Origin: a virus
Length of the DNA: 64,000 bases
IMG/VR virus record: IMGVR_UViG_3300045391_004887
Coordinates: 1 to 64,000 of that record
Reading direction: 5' to 3' (one strand)
Below the pieces are notes generated by a model, which was not told the origin of the DNA, ran no database searches, and saw only the letters and a list, made by a program, of their open reading frames with translations. Shown here one piece after another: positions 34,431 to 43,385 of the stretch (within the stretch, counting starts at the first letter, position 1; every line of letters begins with the position of its first letter). The position numbers and the translations under genes were made by a program.

Positions 34431-34967
34431 TCACGCAAATCGATCGCTCGCGATGCCGCCGATGTCGCGAAACATGTCATCGCCAACCACGCGCAGCAGC
34501 ACTCCGCGCGTCGCGTACCACCTGCCGCCGCGCTTGACCGCTCCGCCTTGGCGCGCCAGCCGCTTGCGAAGCGTGTCCTCGAGGATGCCGAGCTTGTGCG
34601 CCGCTTCGTCCACCGGCAGGTAGAACTCTTTGGTGAGCTGTCCGAGACCTGACTTCGGTCGCGTTCCGCCTGCGCGCATGTGCTCGAGCAGCGCGATCAG
34701 CTCGTCGGCTTCCTCGGGCATGAACCGCCGGATGAGCCCGCGGGTCGAGTACCAGTGGCCGCCGCGCTTGATCGCGATCCCGCATCGCCGGATGTGTCGC
34801 TTCGATCGGCGCACCGGCCAGCCGAACGCGTGGGCGAACTCTTCCACCGAGAAGTAGAAGCCGTCCGTGCGGAGCTTGGTGAGCTTGAATGCGCGACTCG
34901 CGCGTGAGCGGTTGTGCGTCGGCGCCGGCGGGCGCTCGGAATCGGTTGCATGGGATCCGGTGTGCAT
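34431..34967 (-). CDS. Tandem-duplicated HTH DNA-binding protein (178 aa), candidate late-gene regulator
   Basis: Start trimmed to ATG 34967..34965 behind AAGGGAG. Two internal repeats: FYFSVEEFAHAFGWPVRRSKRHIRRCGIAIKRGGHWYSTRGLIRRF and FYLPVDEAAHKLGILEDTLRKRLARQGGAVKRGGRWYATRGVLLRV. Confidence 0.65.
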   Translation of the reverse strand: MHTGSHATDSERPPAPTHNRSRASRAFKLTKLRTDGFYFSVEEFAHAFGWPVRRSKRHIRRCGIAIKRGGHWYSTRGLIRRFMPEEADELIALLEHMRAGGTRPKSGLGQLTKEFYLPVDEAAHKLGILEDTLRKRLARQGGAVKRGGRWYATRGVLLRVVGDDMFRDIGGIASDRFA

Positions 34968-35052
34968 GCGAGGCTCCCTTTCAGCGCGCTCCAAACGCCG
35001 ATCGAGAGCCCTCGATGCCGTCAGGTATCGGGGGCTTTGTCGTTCCTGGTCG

Positions 35053-36006
35053 CTACTCGCCTCCCTGCGCTGCGTTCCATGCATCCGCTGCCGCTCGATA
35101 CAGCTGCGCGGCCGCGAGCTCCGCGGCCGCGAAGTCTCTCTTCAGCGGCCGGAACCGCGCTTGCTCGCGCACGAAGCACAGGTTCCGCACGCGCTCGTAG
35201 TCCCGCAGGTCCAGGCCTGGCTCTGGCGGCGTGGGCGGCTCCGAGAGCCGGTGCACGAACTTGACCCCGACGATCGCCCCGATTTCGTCGAGCGCCCTGC
35301 CCTGCACCTTGTAACGCTCGTCGTACATGCCCGGCACGCGTTCGAGCTCGACGGGCTCCGGCGGTAGCTCGGCAACCAGCTGCTTGCGGTTCTTGCGCCG
35401 CTTGCCGCCGTCTTCCTCGCGCGCCTTCGCGCGCGCAGCGGCGAGCAGCGCTCGCTTGCGCGTGTTGACCTGCTCGCGCTCGTAGAGCTTGGCCTCGGCC
35501 GCGAGCAGCGCCACGCCGGCGGCGGTGCAGTGCATCAGCGACCACACCCGCGGGAGCGGCGGAACGTACTTCTTGCTGTCCCGGTCGCTGTAGCCGTTCG
35601 CGAAGCTGTAGCCGATCGGCCCGAAGTAGACCTCGAGCGCCGCACGCTCGAGCATCTTGTGAGCTCGGTCCATGCGCGTCAGCTGCAGCTCGACGTACGC
35701 GATCCGCGCGCTGTCGTCGTAGTTCTCCTCGAACTTCGGCGCCGGGGTGTTGATGGTCTCGTTGATGAAGATCTCGTCGTCGAGCACCGAGTGCGGCAAC
35801 GCGGCCGGGTTCACGCCCGCGGCGAGCAGCGCCTGCCGTGCCTCGGCCTCGCGCCTGCGCCGGTCGATCTTGTGAGCCTCTCGCGGCTCGCGTAGCAGCT
35901 CGGCTTGCCGGAGCGCGTCGCCTGTCACGCTGTGCTTGACGTTGCGCTTGAAGTAAAGCTCGAGAGAGCCCGCGTCGTAGCCGTCGATCGGTGCGTGCTG
36001 GTTCAA
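35053..36006 (-). CDS. Hypothetical protein (317 aa), possible regulator
   Basis: TTGA overlap with the upstream gene. Balanced composition. …YKVQGRALDEIGAIVGVKFVHRL… is weakly HTH-like. Confidence 0.6.
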   Translation of the reverse strand: MNQHAPIDGYDAGSLELYFKRNVKHSVTGDALRQAELLREPREAHKIDRRRREAEARQALLAAGVNPAALPHSVLDDEIFINETINTPAPKFEENYDDSARIAYVELQLTRMDRAHKMLERAALEVYFGPIGYSFANGYSDRDSKKYVPPLPRVWSLMHCTAAGVALLAAEAKLYEREQVNTRKRALLAAARAKAREEDGGKRRKNRKQLVAELPPEPVELERVPGMYDERYKVQGRALDEIGAIVGVKFVHRLSEPPTPPEPGLDLRDYERVRNLCFVREQARFRPLKRDFAAAELAAAQLYRAAADAWNAAQGGE

Positions 36007-36368
36007 GATGCGCTCCCTTCCGCGCGCGGCGGGACTGGCTTGCTGTGCTTTCTGCTCGGCTTATTGCAGTGCGAGCAGGCCATGTAGCGCGACGGGATCA
36101 CCTTCGTGGGCGCGGGCTCCAGCGACGTGAGTCCGTGCCACTCGCGCCATGCGCGTTCGATCTGCTCGTTCTCGCGCTCGAGCTCGTTCCAGTAGCCGTT
36201 CGGATAGGGCAACCACACCACGTCGAACATGATGCAGCCGTGCACCCAGTGCTCGAAGCGAGGGTTGAACACCTGCGCGATCAGGAACAGCATCGCGCAG
36301 CCGCAGAGCGCCGCGAACACGATCACCGGCCACGGCAGTCCGCTCCCGGCCTCGGTACAGTGCTCCAT
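36003..36368 (-). CDS. Membrane protein (121 aa)
   Basis: Start trimmed to ATG 36368..36366 behind AGGGAG. Contains MEHCTEAGSGLPWPVIVFAALCGCAMLFLIAQVF. Confidence 0.6.
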   Translation of the reverse strand: MEHCTEAGSGLPWPVIVFAALCGCAMLFLIAQVFNPRFEHWVHGCIMFDVVWLPYPNGYWNELERENEQIERAWREWHGLTSLEPAPTKVIPSRYMACSHCNKPSRKHSKPVPPRAEGSAS

Positions 36369-36682
36369 CACGCACTCCCTTCCTTCTTCCTGCGCGGCAT
36401 CGGCGGCGCGGAGTCGGCGGCGTTGTGGGCAAGCGAGAGCGCGCCATCGAGCGACCTGGTGATGCCCCAGCCGATCTCCATCCAGAAACCTGATGGCCCG
36501 GTGCTGAGCTGGAAGACGCGCCACTCCGTCAGCCGCCTGTCCTTGCGCATGATGGAGATCCGGAACGTCTCTCGCTGCCATGCGGGCTTGTAGTCCCGCT
36601 GGTGCACGGTGCGAGTCGCACCGGACAAGATGTCGCGGTCGCGCACGTGCTTCCAATCCGGTCCCCAGCCGCGTCGCCTCAC
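36368..36682 (-). CDS. Hypothetical protein (104 aa)
   Basis: Start trimmed to GTG 36682..36680 (GTGA overlap). Only this part of the track ORF looks coding (…WGPDWKHVRDRDILSGATRTVHQRDYKPAWQRETFRISIMRKD…). Confidence 0.5.
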   Translation of the reverse strand: MRRRGWGPDWKHVRDRDILSGATRTVHQRDYKPAWQRETFRISIMRKDRRLTEWRVFQLSTGPSGFWMEIGWGITRSLDGALSLAHNAADSAPPMPRRKKEGSA

Positions 36683-36981
36683 GGTTGGCCTCCACTTTGG
36701 GCAACGGGCTCCGGGTTCTTGACACCGGCACGCGCGAGTAGGTCGAGCCACGTCCCGGGGCCGTGCTCGCGCACGAGCTCCGCAGCCCACCGCATGTTGC
36801 GCGCGTACCGCGCGGAGCGTTCGCTGGTTGGATAGCCCCGCCGAGCTTCGAGGTGCCACCATCGCGCGATGCGTAGGTAGTCCATGCGTGTGCGCGGAGT
36901 CACAGGCAGCGGATCGGGCGGCGCGAAGAACGCGAGCTGCCTCTCGGTGATCCAGTCCTGCTCTGCGGCGGCCGCAATCAT
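36679..36981 (-). CDS. Hypothetical protein (100 aa)
   Basis: ATGA overlap with the upstream gene. Trp/Arg-rich but structured (MIAAAAEQDWITERQLAFFAPPDPLPVTPRTRMDYLRIARWWHLEAR…). Confidence 0.55.
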   Translation of the reverse strand: MIAAAAEQDWITERQLAFFAPPDPLPVTPRTRMDYLRIARWWHLEARRGYPTSERSARYARNMRWAAELVREHGPGTWLDLLARAGVKNPEPVAQSGGQP

Positions 36982-37895
36982 TGCGCGGCCTCCGCATCGG
37001 ACTCGAGCTCGACCATCACATCGGCGAGCAGATCGAGCGCTTGGTCAACGGTGAATCGCGAGACTATTTCCTTCAACTGCCGGCGCGCGTCGGTGCGTCG
37101 CTTCGCTCGATCGAACGATGTCTCGGGCTCGGCGTTGGTTCGGCCATCGGTCGGCATGTCGATCACCTTCTCTCGACGCGTCGGTGGCTCGGCGCTGGCC
37201 ACTACGAGCGCTACCCGCGTATACGCGCGCTCCTCCACGCCATCGGCCCTTCGAATCAAGCGCTTGCGCTCGCGTGAACTATCCAGCTCCGCGCGACGCG
37301 CGCATTCTGGCTTGCAGTAGATCGGCAGCGGGCCTCGGTGACTTGTGACCGTGAACTCGCTCCTGCAGGAAGGCAGCGCGCACACGCGCGTCTCCGTTCT
37401 TCCTCCCGGCTGGGCTCGCTGCTTGCGCGGTCCGGCCTTGCGCGCTTCTAGGCAGTCGGGTCGCTGGCAGTAGACGGGGCGTCGACCGGCCCCGGGCTTC
37501 GGCTTGAAGGTCTGCTTGCAGGCGGCGCAGACCTGATCGCTCGTGCGCATCAGCGGAGCGGGAGGAAGCGTCGCCGCCACCGCGGGCGCCGAGAGCTCTG
37601 CGGGCCTCCGCTGGGGCTCTGCCGGCTTTGCCGCGGCAGCGAGCGCCGAGATGTCGCTCGCGCGCACCAGCATGGCCGCTGCTTCGTGTGCACCAGCTTC
37701 GGCCCTGGCCTGACCGTGCGGACACGCGCGGCATGGACTGTTGCGGATGCCAGAGGCGTCCATGCGCTCGTGCGGCTTGAGCTTCGCCGGGTCGGTGTTG
37801 CCCAGCCGCCAGCGCTTCGCGCACGCGCTCGCCTGCATGCGGCCGATGCCGCGCTCGCAGGCGATCAGCACGAAGCTCTGTGCGGGCGCGTTCAA
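36978..37895 (-). CDS. Cys-rich (zinc-ribbon repeat) protein (305 aa)
   Basis: Repeated C..C…F……GR.P.YC…C units (CAACKQTFKPKPGAGRRPVYCQRPDC; CALPSCRSEFTVTSHRGPLPIYCKPEC). Confidence 0.6.
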   Translation of the reverse strand: MNAPAQSFVLIACERGIGRMQASACAKRWRLGNTDPAKLKPHERMDASGIRNSPCRACPHGQARAEAGAHEAAAMLVRASDISALAAAAKPAEPQRRPAELSAPAVAATLPPAPLMRTSDQVCAACKQTFKPKPGAGRRPVYCQRPDCLEARKAGPRKQRAQPGGRTETRVCALPSCRSEFTVTSHRGPLPIYCKPECARRAELDSSRERKRLIRRADGVEERAYTRVALVVASAEPPTRREKVIDMPTDGRTNAEPETSFDRAKRRTDARRQLKEIVSRFTVDQALDLLADVMVELESDAEAAQ

Positions 37896-38629
37896 GCCGT
37901 TGCCTCCACGAACCGCGCGCCGGTGTAATGCCCATGCGCGGCGCGCGTGCGGACCAGCTTCGCCGCAAGCGCGCGCTGCACCTGCTCGTCGGTGACCATC
38001 AGCCGGCGCTTGCGCCCGGCTCGGTTCACGCCTAGCGCTTTGAGGCGCCGCGCGAGCGTCTCCGGCGCGACGCCGCGCGCATGGGCCTGCTTGTGCACCG
38101 TTTCCTGTTTGAGCCGCAGCGCGACCGCAGCATCAACATCGGTGATCAGCACCATGCGCTGCGACCGACGGCGGCCACGGTACTTGCCACGCTTCTTCTC
38201 CGGCCTCGATGGCACGCGCCGGATCTTCACCTTGGCCGCCGCGAGGATCGCGTACAGCGTCTTGAGCGGGAAGCCTGTGCGCTTCTCGGCCTGGGTCAGG
38301 TACTCGAAGCCTTCCGGCAGCCGCGAGGTCAGCCCGAGCTTCGAGCTCGCGCGCCAGTAGATCGTGACCTTGGTTCGCCCGAGCGCGCGCGCGATCCGCA
38401 GCAGCGGCTCCCCTCTATCCCAGAGCTTCACCAACAGCGCGTCATCCTTCGGTGTCCACCGCCGCCGTCGCTGCGCGAGCCGAGCCCGCTTCGTCTTATG
38501 GTAGAGCGCGCCGATCGAGCGGTGGGGCAGCGCTGCGCGCGCGGCCGCGATCCCGCCCTTGGCGTACGCGCGCGCAAGGAGCTCGACCTCCTCCGCCGTC
38601 CACGGGTCTCCGGTGATGGCTCGTGTCAT
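37892..38629 (-). CDS. DNA-binding protein with Myb/SANT-like 'W-T-x-E-E' repeats (245 aa)
   Basis: DPWTAEEVELLARAYAKGG and RRWTPKDDALLVKLWDRGEPLLRIARALGRT. Basic C-terminal half. Confidence 0.55.
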   Translation of the reverse strand: MTRAITGDPWTAEEVELLARAYAKGGIAAARAALPHRSIGALYHKTKRARLAQRRRRWTPKDDALLVKLWDRGEPLLRIARALGRTKVTIYWRASSKLGLTSRLPEGFEYLTQAEKRTGFPLKTLYAILAAAKVKIRRVPSRPEKKRGKYRGRRRSQRMVLITDVDAAVALRLKQETVHKQAHARGVAPETLARRLKALGVNRAGRKRRLMVTDEQVQRALAAKLVRTRAAHGHYTGARFVEATA

Positions 38630-38853
38630 CGTCGACCTCCGCTGCGCGGCCGTTTCTTGAACCAGACCAGCTGAACGATGGCGGCGAGCTCCTTCGGCCC
38701 GAGCAGCTTGACTGCCGCAGGCTCTTCGTCGCCAACGCGAGCCTCCCAGTCGGATGCCGAGCCTCCAATGCCGCGGTAGCCGCGCGCGTCGGTCATCAGC
38801 CGCTGGCGCGCTGCAATGCGTTTCTCGTGAACGGTCGCTTCCGCGGCGCTCAC
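38626..38853 (-). CDS. Small hypothetical protein (75 aa)
   Basis: GTGA-coupled at both ends. Confidence 0.45.
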   Translation of the reverse strand: MSAAEATVHEKRIAARQRLMTDARGYRGIGGSASDWEARVGDEEPAAVKLLGPKELAAIVQLVWFKKRPRSGGRR

Positions 38854-39743
38854 GGCTCCGCTCCAGCCAGCTCGGCTCTCAGCTCTTCGACGAGCTTCAG
38901 CGCTTCCTGCTTGCCTCGGATGCCGTATTGCCGCCCGCTGGGCGCTCGCACGTAGAGCAGTTCTCCGTCTTCGCGCTCGTCGACCTCACAGCCGATCGCG
39001 AACAGCATCGCCGCGTAGGCAGAAGCGAAGCGCAGCAGGTCGCCGTTGTCGCGAACGCCGACGTGTGACGGCTTCTCGTACTCGCCCCTGCACCACGCGA
39101 TCGCATGCGGTAGCGAAGCAAACTCGTGGCGCTTTCGCACGCTGGTGCTGCGGTTCACTTCCACGCGCGAAACGAGGTCATGGAAGACCGCGTGGTTTCT
39201 TCCCTCATAGCCGTGAGGGGTCTCGAAGACCCACGCATCCCTGAGAACATCGTGTTCCCACCCGAGCGAGCACGCCATCGCCTCGTCGCGTCCAGCGCTC
39301 TGTGGCGCCTGCAACGCCGTGGCTGCGTCCGCTTCGCGCGGCGCGTAGAACCAGCCATAGCCGTCGCTGTCGGCGTAGCTGTAGACGAACGCTCCCGTCA
39401 CGTGTCTGTAGCGGCCGATGCCGCAAGCGCTCCAGCCAGGCGCGAGCGCTTCTGCGGGCGCGGGCTTGTTGCAGTCGCACTCGCCGCGCTGGCAGAGCAT
39501 GCAGCGACGCGCCTTGGGAACCGCTGGCGCGCTGCTGCAGACCATGTGTCCGCACTTCTTGTGCGCGCGGTCCTCTGCCAGGTTCACCGCCAAGCGCGCT
39601 TGCTCGAAGTCGCCTCCGAAGCGCAGCAGCGCCAGCTCGGAGAGAAGGTCGCGCGGCGGGGTCCCGACTGCGACGCGCGGCGCGGTGTCGGTGAACCGCG
39701 AGCTGCGCCGCCGGCGCCAGAGCGGTGCGCTGTTCGAAGTCAC
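38850..39743 (-). CDS. Hypothetical protein (297 aa)
   Basis: Balanced composition with a Cys cluster (CGHMVCSS…CMLCQRGECDC). GTGA-coupled. Confidence 0.6.
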   Translation of the reverse strand: MTSNSAPLWRRRRSSRFTDTAPRVAVGTPPRDLLSELALLRFGGDFEQARLAVNLAEDRAHKKCGHMVCSSAPAVPKARRCMLCQRGECDCNKPAPAEALAPGWSACGIGRYRHVTGAFVYSYADSDGYGWFYAPREADAATALQAPQSAGRDEAMACSLGWEHDVLRDAWVFETPHGYEGRNHAVFHDLVSRVEVNRSTSVRKRHEFASLPHAIAWCRGEYEKPSHVGVRDNGDLLRFASAYAAMLFAIGCEVDEREDGELLYVRAPSGRQYGIRGKQEALKLVEELRAELAGAEP

Positions 39744-40081
39744 TGCGCTGCTCCTACCAGCCGGCGCGCCGTTTCCTCGATCACGAACTCGTCGAGTGCC
39801 TTGCGCAGCATCGCGATCGCGAGATCAGGCGGCTTGCCGGTCGCGAGCGCGTTGGTGACGAGCCGCGAACACTGCGCGACCTTCACCGCGCGCGAGTCAT
39901 CACGGCCGCTGGAGCTGCGCCCCGTCTGGCCCGTGCCGCCCGGCGCTGTCTTCGTGCCGTACTTGCTGCGTGCCTTGGAGATGCTCTCGGAGCGCACGCC
40001 GAGGATGTCCGCGAGCGTTCGATTGCTCAGCGAGAAGTCGAGGGTGGACCAATCGACCGCGACTGCCTTGTTCACATGCAT
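39740..40081 (-). CDS. Hypothetical (HTH-like) protein (113 aa)
   Basis: Start trimmed to ATG 40081..40079 (1-nt overlap with the upstream TGA): MHVNKAVAVDWSTLDFSLSNRTLADILGVRSESISKARSKYG…. Confidence 0.5.
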   Translation of the reverse strand: MHVNKAVAVDWSTLDFSLSNRTLADILGVRSESISKARSKYGTKTAPGGTGQTGRSSSGRDDSRAVKVAQCSRLVTNALATGKPPDLAIAMLRKALDEFVIEETARRLVGAAQ

Positions 40082-40332
40082 CACGCACCTCCGTTGCTTG
40101 CGACGCTCTTTGCGAACGCGTTGACGAGACCGAACCGGATTCGACCGTCTTGCCCCAATCCGCAGCCAAGCCGCTTCGCCGCGATCAGCCGCTCGAGCAC
40201 ACCGTGAACGCGCGCGGGTGTCACCCCCGCGAGCCGCGCGATCTCCGCTGCGTCCAGCGTGCGGTGCTGCGTCTGCCCCTCGAACAGCTGCATGACCGCG
40301 CGGTGCTCCGCGATGTTGGGGACTTCGCTCAT
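40081..40332 (-). CDS. Winged-helix-like small protein (83 aa)
   Basis: Start trimmed to ATG 40332..40330 (ATGA overlap with the MTase stop): MSEVPNIAEHRAVMQLFEGQTQHRTLDAAEIARLAGVTPARVHGVLERLIAAKRL…. Confidence 0.55.
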   Translation of the reverse strand: MSEVPNIAEHRAVMQLFEGQTQHRTLDAAEIARLAGVTPARVHGVLERLIAAKRLGCGLGQDGRIRFGLVNAFAKSVASNGGA

Positions 40333-41015
40333 GCGGCGAGCCTTTCCCTGCAGCGAGCGAGAGCGCGATCGCTGACATCGCAACCCCAGAACTTCCGACC
40401 GAGTGATAGTGCAGCTTCCCCGGTGCTGCCGCTGCCGAGGAAGCAGTCGGCTACGACCTCGCCGGCAGCGCTGCTCTGCTCGACCAGCACGCGCAGCAAC
40501 TCGACAGGCTTCTGCGTCGGGTAGCCGTCTCGCACGCGCGCGAACGAGAGGACATCAGGAACACCCAGGTCAGCGAGCCGGCGCTTGCCCTTCTCGAAGA
40601 AGATGATCCACTCGTGCCGAGCACGGTAGTGATACCCCATCCCGATCGTAACCTTGTCCCACACGATGAACTTGTGGAACGTGAAGAGCCCCATCTCGGC
40701 GTTGAGCCGATGGAAGAGAAGCCCCGTCTCCTGATCGCAGAGCAGGTAGCAGTGGGTGTTGGGCTTGAGCGCGCGGTAGATGCCCTTGAGCAGATCCGGG
40801 ATGCGCTCGTTCGGGAAGATCGGGAACCAGTCCTGCAGCCGAACCGTGGTGCCGTGGTTGCGGTGCTTCTCGAGCGACTCGTAGGCGATGTCGGTCACGA
40901 CCAGGTCGACAGACTCCGGAGGAAGCGCGCGCAGCCACCCCACCGCGTCGGCCTTGTCGAGCCGCAGGCGCGGGGCGTCGTGCGCGAGATCGAGAAGCGG
41001 GGAACCGTCAGACAT
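40329..41015 (-). CDS. Orphan DNA methyltransferase (N6A/N4C beta-class, N6_N4_Mtase-like, 228 aa)
   Basis: Catalytic-motif position reads DLVVTDIAY (in place of D/S-PPY). AdoMet motif CFLGSGSTGEAA lies near the C-terminus. No restriction partner is adjacent. Confidence 0.8.
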   Translation of the reverse strand: MSDGSPLLDLAHDAPRLRLDKADAVGWLRALPPESVDLVVTDIAYESLEKHRNHGTTVRLQDWFPIFPNERIPDLLKGIYRALKPNTHCYLLCDQETGLLFHRLNAEMGLFTFHKFIVWDKVTIGMGYHYRARHEWIIFFEKGKRRLADLGVPDVLSFARVRDGYPTQKPVELLRVLVEQSSAAGEVVADCFLGSGSTGEAALSLGRKFWGCDVSDRALARCRERLAA

Positions 41016-41388
41016 GACGTCCCCATGGCCACGCCAACGGCGGCAAGGTGCGCCGCTCCGCAGGCGCGTCGAAGCCCCACGGAGTCAGGTCGCGAATCGC
41101 CTTGAACTTCGCGAGCGCGTAGTCCCGCTCGATCCCCATGCCCTCGGACACGCGACCGCCGGTCAGCCAAAGCTCGTCGCACCGCTCGATCAGCGCCTTG
41201 TCGCAGCGCAGCCCGAGATCGCGGTGCTCTTCGGACAGCACGCTCGAGAGCACGATCCAGTCGGCGACGGGCGAGACGCCCATGTGCAGCGCTGCCCACG
41301 CAGCCCACTTCGCCGCATTGCGGCGGTTGGCCTCCATGGCTTCGGCGTTGGGGCCGGCCAATTGGTGCGCTATATACACCACTCTCAC
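41008..41388 (-). CDS. Nucleoside-deoxyribosyltransferase-fold-like phage protein (DUF4406/DUF1937-type, 126 aa)
   Basis: (V)RVVYIAHQLAGPNAEAMEANRRNAAKWAAWAA… resembles that family. The call is from memory only. Confidence 0.45.
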   Translation of the reverse strand: MRVVYIAHQLAGPNAEAMEANRRNAAKWAAWAALHMGVSPVADWIVLSSVLSEEHRDLGLRCDKALIERCDELWLTGGRVSEGMGIERDYALAKFKAIRDLTPWGFDAPAERRTLPPLAWPWGRHV

Positions 41389-42098
41389 GCCGCCACCCCG
41401 GAGCCTTCTCTGGCGGCAATGAGCTTGATCGCCTGCGCCCGAAGATCTTCAGGTGTGACCACTCGCGGCGACCGCAGCAGCGCTGATTCCGGGGGCTCAC
41501 CACTCCCAAGTCGCTCGTGGAGAGTGGAATAGTTGACCCCCGAGACATCGGCCCAGTCGGCCAAGCAGAGGGTCACTCCGAAAGCAGATACCAGTCTTGT
41601 TCTACGGGTGTTGCGAGCCTGGTCCGACCTCGTTGCCCATCGACAGTTTTCCGGGCTGTACCCGAGCGCGTTGTCACGGCGCTCGATCGAATGCTCCTTC
41701 GTCGGGCGCTGCCCCATGTCCGCGATGAAGTTGGCGTAGCTTTCCCGCCATCGTTCGCAAACACGAATTCCGCGGCCGCCATATCTGTCGAAGCTAGCCG
41801 CGCGCGGGTTCTCGCAGCGGTGGATGATGGCGCTCCAAATCCTATACTCAGGAGTCCGCCTTCCACCGTGCGTGCGGACCCTGTCCCGTAGCTGTTCCCT
41901 ATGGAAGCAGCCGCACGACGTCGTATTTCCATTCATGAGCGATGCGACGATTACGATGACCTGTTTCCCGCAGTCGCAGTCGCACTGCCATGCGTTCGGC
42001 TTCCGCCCTTCCATGCGAACGTAGACCTTCGCCGTCAGACGCCCGAAACGACGTCCGGCCAAATCTATTCGTGGTCCGTGATCGGGGTTCGCCATCAC
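41385..42098 (-). CDS. Zinc-finger / HNH-related DNA-binding protein (237 aa), lower GC than its neighbours
   Basis: GRRFGRLTAKVYV…WQCDCDCGK…TSCGCFH…RTPEYRIWSAIIHRCENP…YGGRGIRVCERWRESYANFIADMG…SIERRDNALGYSPENCRWATRSDQARN. Confidence 0.6.
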   Translation of the reverse strand: MMANPDHGPRIDLAGRRFGRLTAKVYVRMEGRKPNAWQCDCDCGKQVIVIVASLMNGNTTSCGCFHREQLRDRVRTHGGRRTPEYRIWSAIIHRCENPRAASFDRYGGRGIRVCERWRESYANFIADMGQRPTKEHSIERRDNALGYSPENCRWATRSDQARNTRRTRLVSAFGVTLCLADWADVSGVNYSTLHERLGSGEPPESALLRSPRVVTPEDLRAQAIKLIAAREGSGVAA

Positions 42099-42502
42099 CC
42101 TGCCCCGTTCGCTGCTGACGCCTCAGCGGGCTGCTCGGCGCTCGCGGCTTCCTTGACCAGCTTGCCGAGCGTCCCGGAGACCTCCGCGTGAACCAGCGGA
42201 GGGATCTGCGACGCGGCTTCGAGCATCAACGCTGCGCATCGCTTGAGGCCGCGCTGCGCTTCCGAGAGCTTGCTCTCTTGCATCGCGAGCACTCTGCGCG
42301 CCGACGCGATCTCGGCATCGGTCTCACGCTTCGCCTGCTCTGCGGCTTCGCGGATGCGATCGTCCTGCGCCTGAAGCAGCCGCTCGACGACGCCCTTCGA
42401 CGTCGCGACCAGTCCCTCTGCTTCTTCCGTTCGCCTGCGTAGCTCGACCACCTCGGCCTTGCTGGCTGCGAACGCATCCATCGTCTCCTTGAGCTTGCTC
42501 AT
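42095..42502 (-). CDS. Coiled-coil protein (135 aa)
   Basis: ORF-track protein. ATGA-coupled. Heptad-like E/A/R/K sequence. Confidence 0.55.
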   Translation of the reverse strand: MSKLKETMDAFAASKAEVVELRRRTEEAEGLVATSKGVVERLLQAQDDRIREAAEQAKRETDAEIASARRVLAMQESKLSEAQRGLKRCAALMLEAASQIPPLVHAEVSGTLGKLVKEAASAEQPAEASAANGAG

Positions 42503-42975
42503 CGTCCCTCTCCTCGTGCTGCAGCTGCGGCGACGGTGCCGCGCGTGTAGAAGCTGTTGTCCGTGCCGCCCGGCAGCTCGACGAGCACCAGTCCGCGGCT
42601 CGCTGCGATCGTCGCGTCCTCATCGCATCCCCACGCCAGCAAAGGCGCCGGGCTCGGCGCTGGGAATCCGATCGCGATGGCTTCGCTCACGCCTTCGCGT
42701 AGCCGCGCCCAGTTCTTCGCGTAGACGCTCCATGGGCCATCGGCATCGGCCCAGAGCGCAGGCTGCGCGATGCCGAACGCGGGCAGCGAGCGATAGACCG
42801 CATGGCGCCGGCGCGTCGGCTCGCGATTGCCAGCGACGTGGGGACCGAGCGCGTGCAGCGCGCGCGCGTACGACCAGCCCTGCGCGAGCGCGACGTCGTG
42901 GACGACCTGCAGGATGCCGTACGCATCCATCGTGAGCTCGCCCTCGGTGCCGTGATCGGACTCGGGCCTCAGCAC
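42499..42975 (-). CDS. Hypothetical protein; true start uncertain (GTG 42975, ATG 42930, or the full ORF to 43389 that reads through tRNA-Tyr-1)
   Basis: The C-terminal ~150 aa look coding (…MDAYGILQVVHDVALAQGWSYARALHALGP…). There is no ATG/GTG/TTG in frame between 42975 and the tRNA. See findings. Confidence 0.45.
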   Translation of the reverse strand: MLRPESDHGTEGELTMDAYGILQVVHDVALAQGWSYARALHALGPHVAGNREPTRRRHAVYRSLPAFGIAQPALWADADGPWSVYAKNWARLREGVSEAIAIGFPAPSPAPLLAWGCDEDATIAASRGLVLVELPGGTDNSFYTRGTVAAAAARGEGR

Positions 42976-43211
42976 GCGGGTCGCTTCGTTTGCGATCAGC
43001 CGCGCAGCAGCGACGCGATCAGCGGGCGAGAGGTGGAGGCGAATGAGGTGTGCCGGGATTACGCGCCCGGCCGCGATCGACGCCGCACCTGCTTCGCCAG
43101 CTTTGCCCGCGCTTACGTTGGCCCGCGCGTTGCCTCGCGTGATCGGCTGCCGGCCGAGGATCAGCTCGTCCCCGTCTCTCCGGAGTGTCTGCCTGCGGTC
43201 TTTCGTCGAAG

Positions 43212-43290
43212 TGGCTCGTGAGGGAATCGAACCCCCTTCGCGCAAGCGCACGGCGTTTACAGCGCCGCTCCCATCCACTGGGTACGAGCC
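43212..43290 (-). tRNA. tRNA-Tyr (anticodon GTA), class II with long variable arm, 79 nt, no encoded CCA
   Basis: GGCTCGT AC CCA GTGGA TGG GAG CGGCG CTGTAAA CGCCG TGCGCTTGCGCGAA GGGGG TTCGATT CCCTC ACGAGCC A. Perfect acceptor, anticodon and T stems. The D arm is compressed. Confidence 0.65.
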
Positions 43291-43385
43291 GAGAGTTTCC
43301 TGGTGTGCACTCGAGCACATCGCGAAGAGCGCTATGGCAGCAGCGCTCAGCAGCACTCGGCGTTCTGCTATGTCGATGTTGCGTT

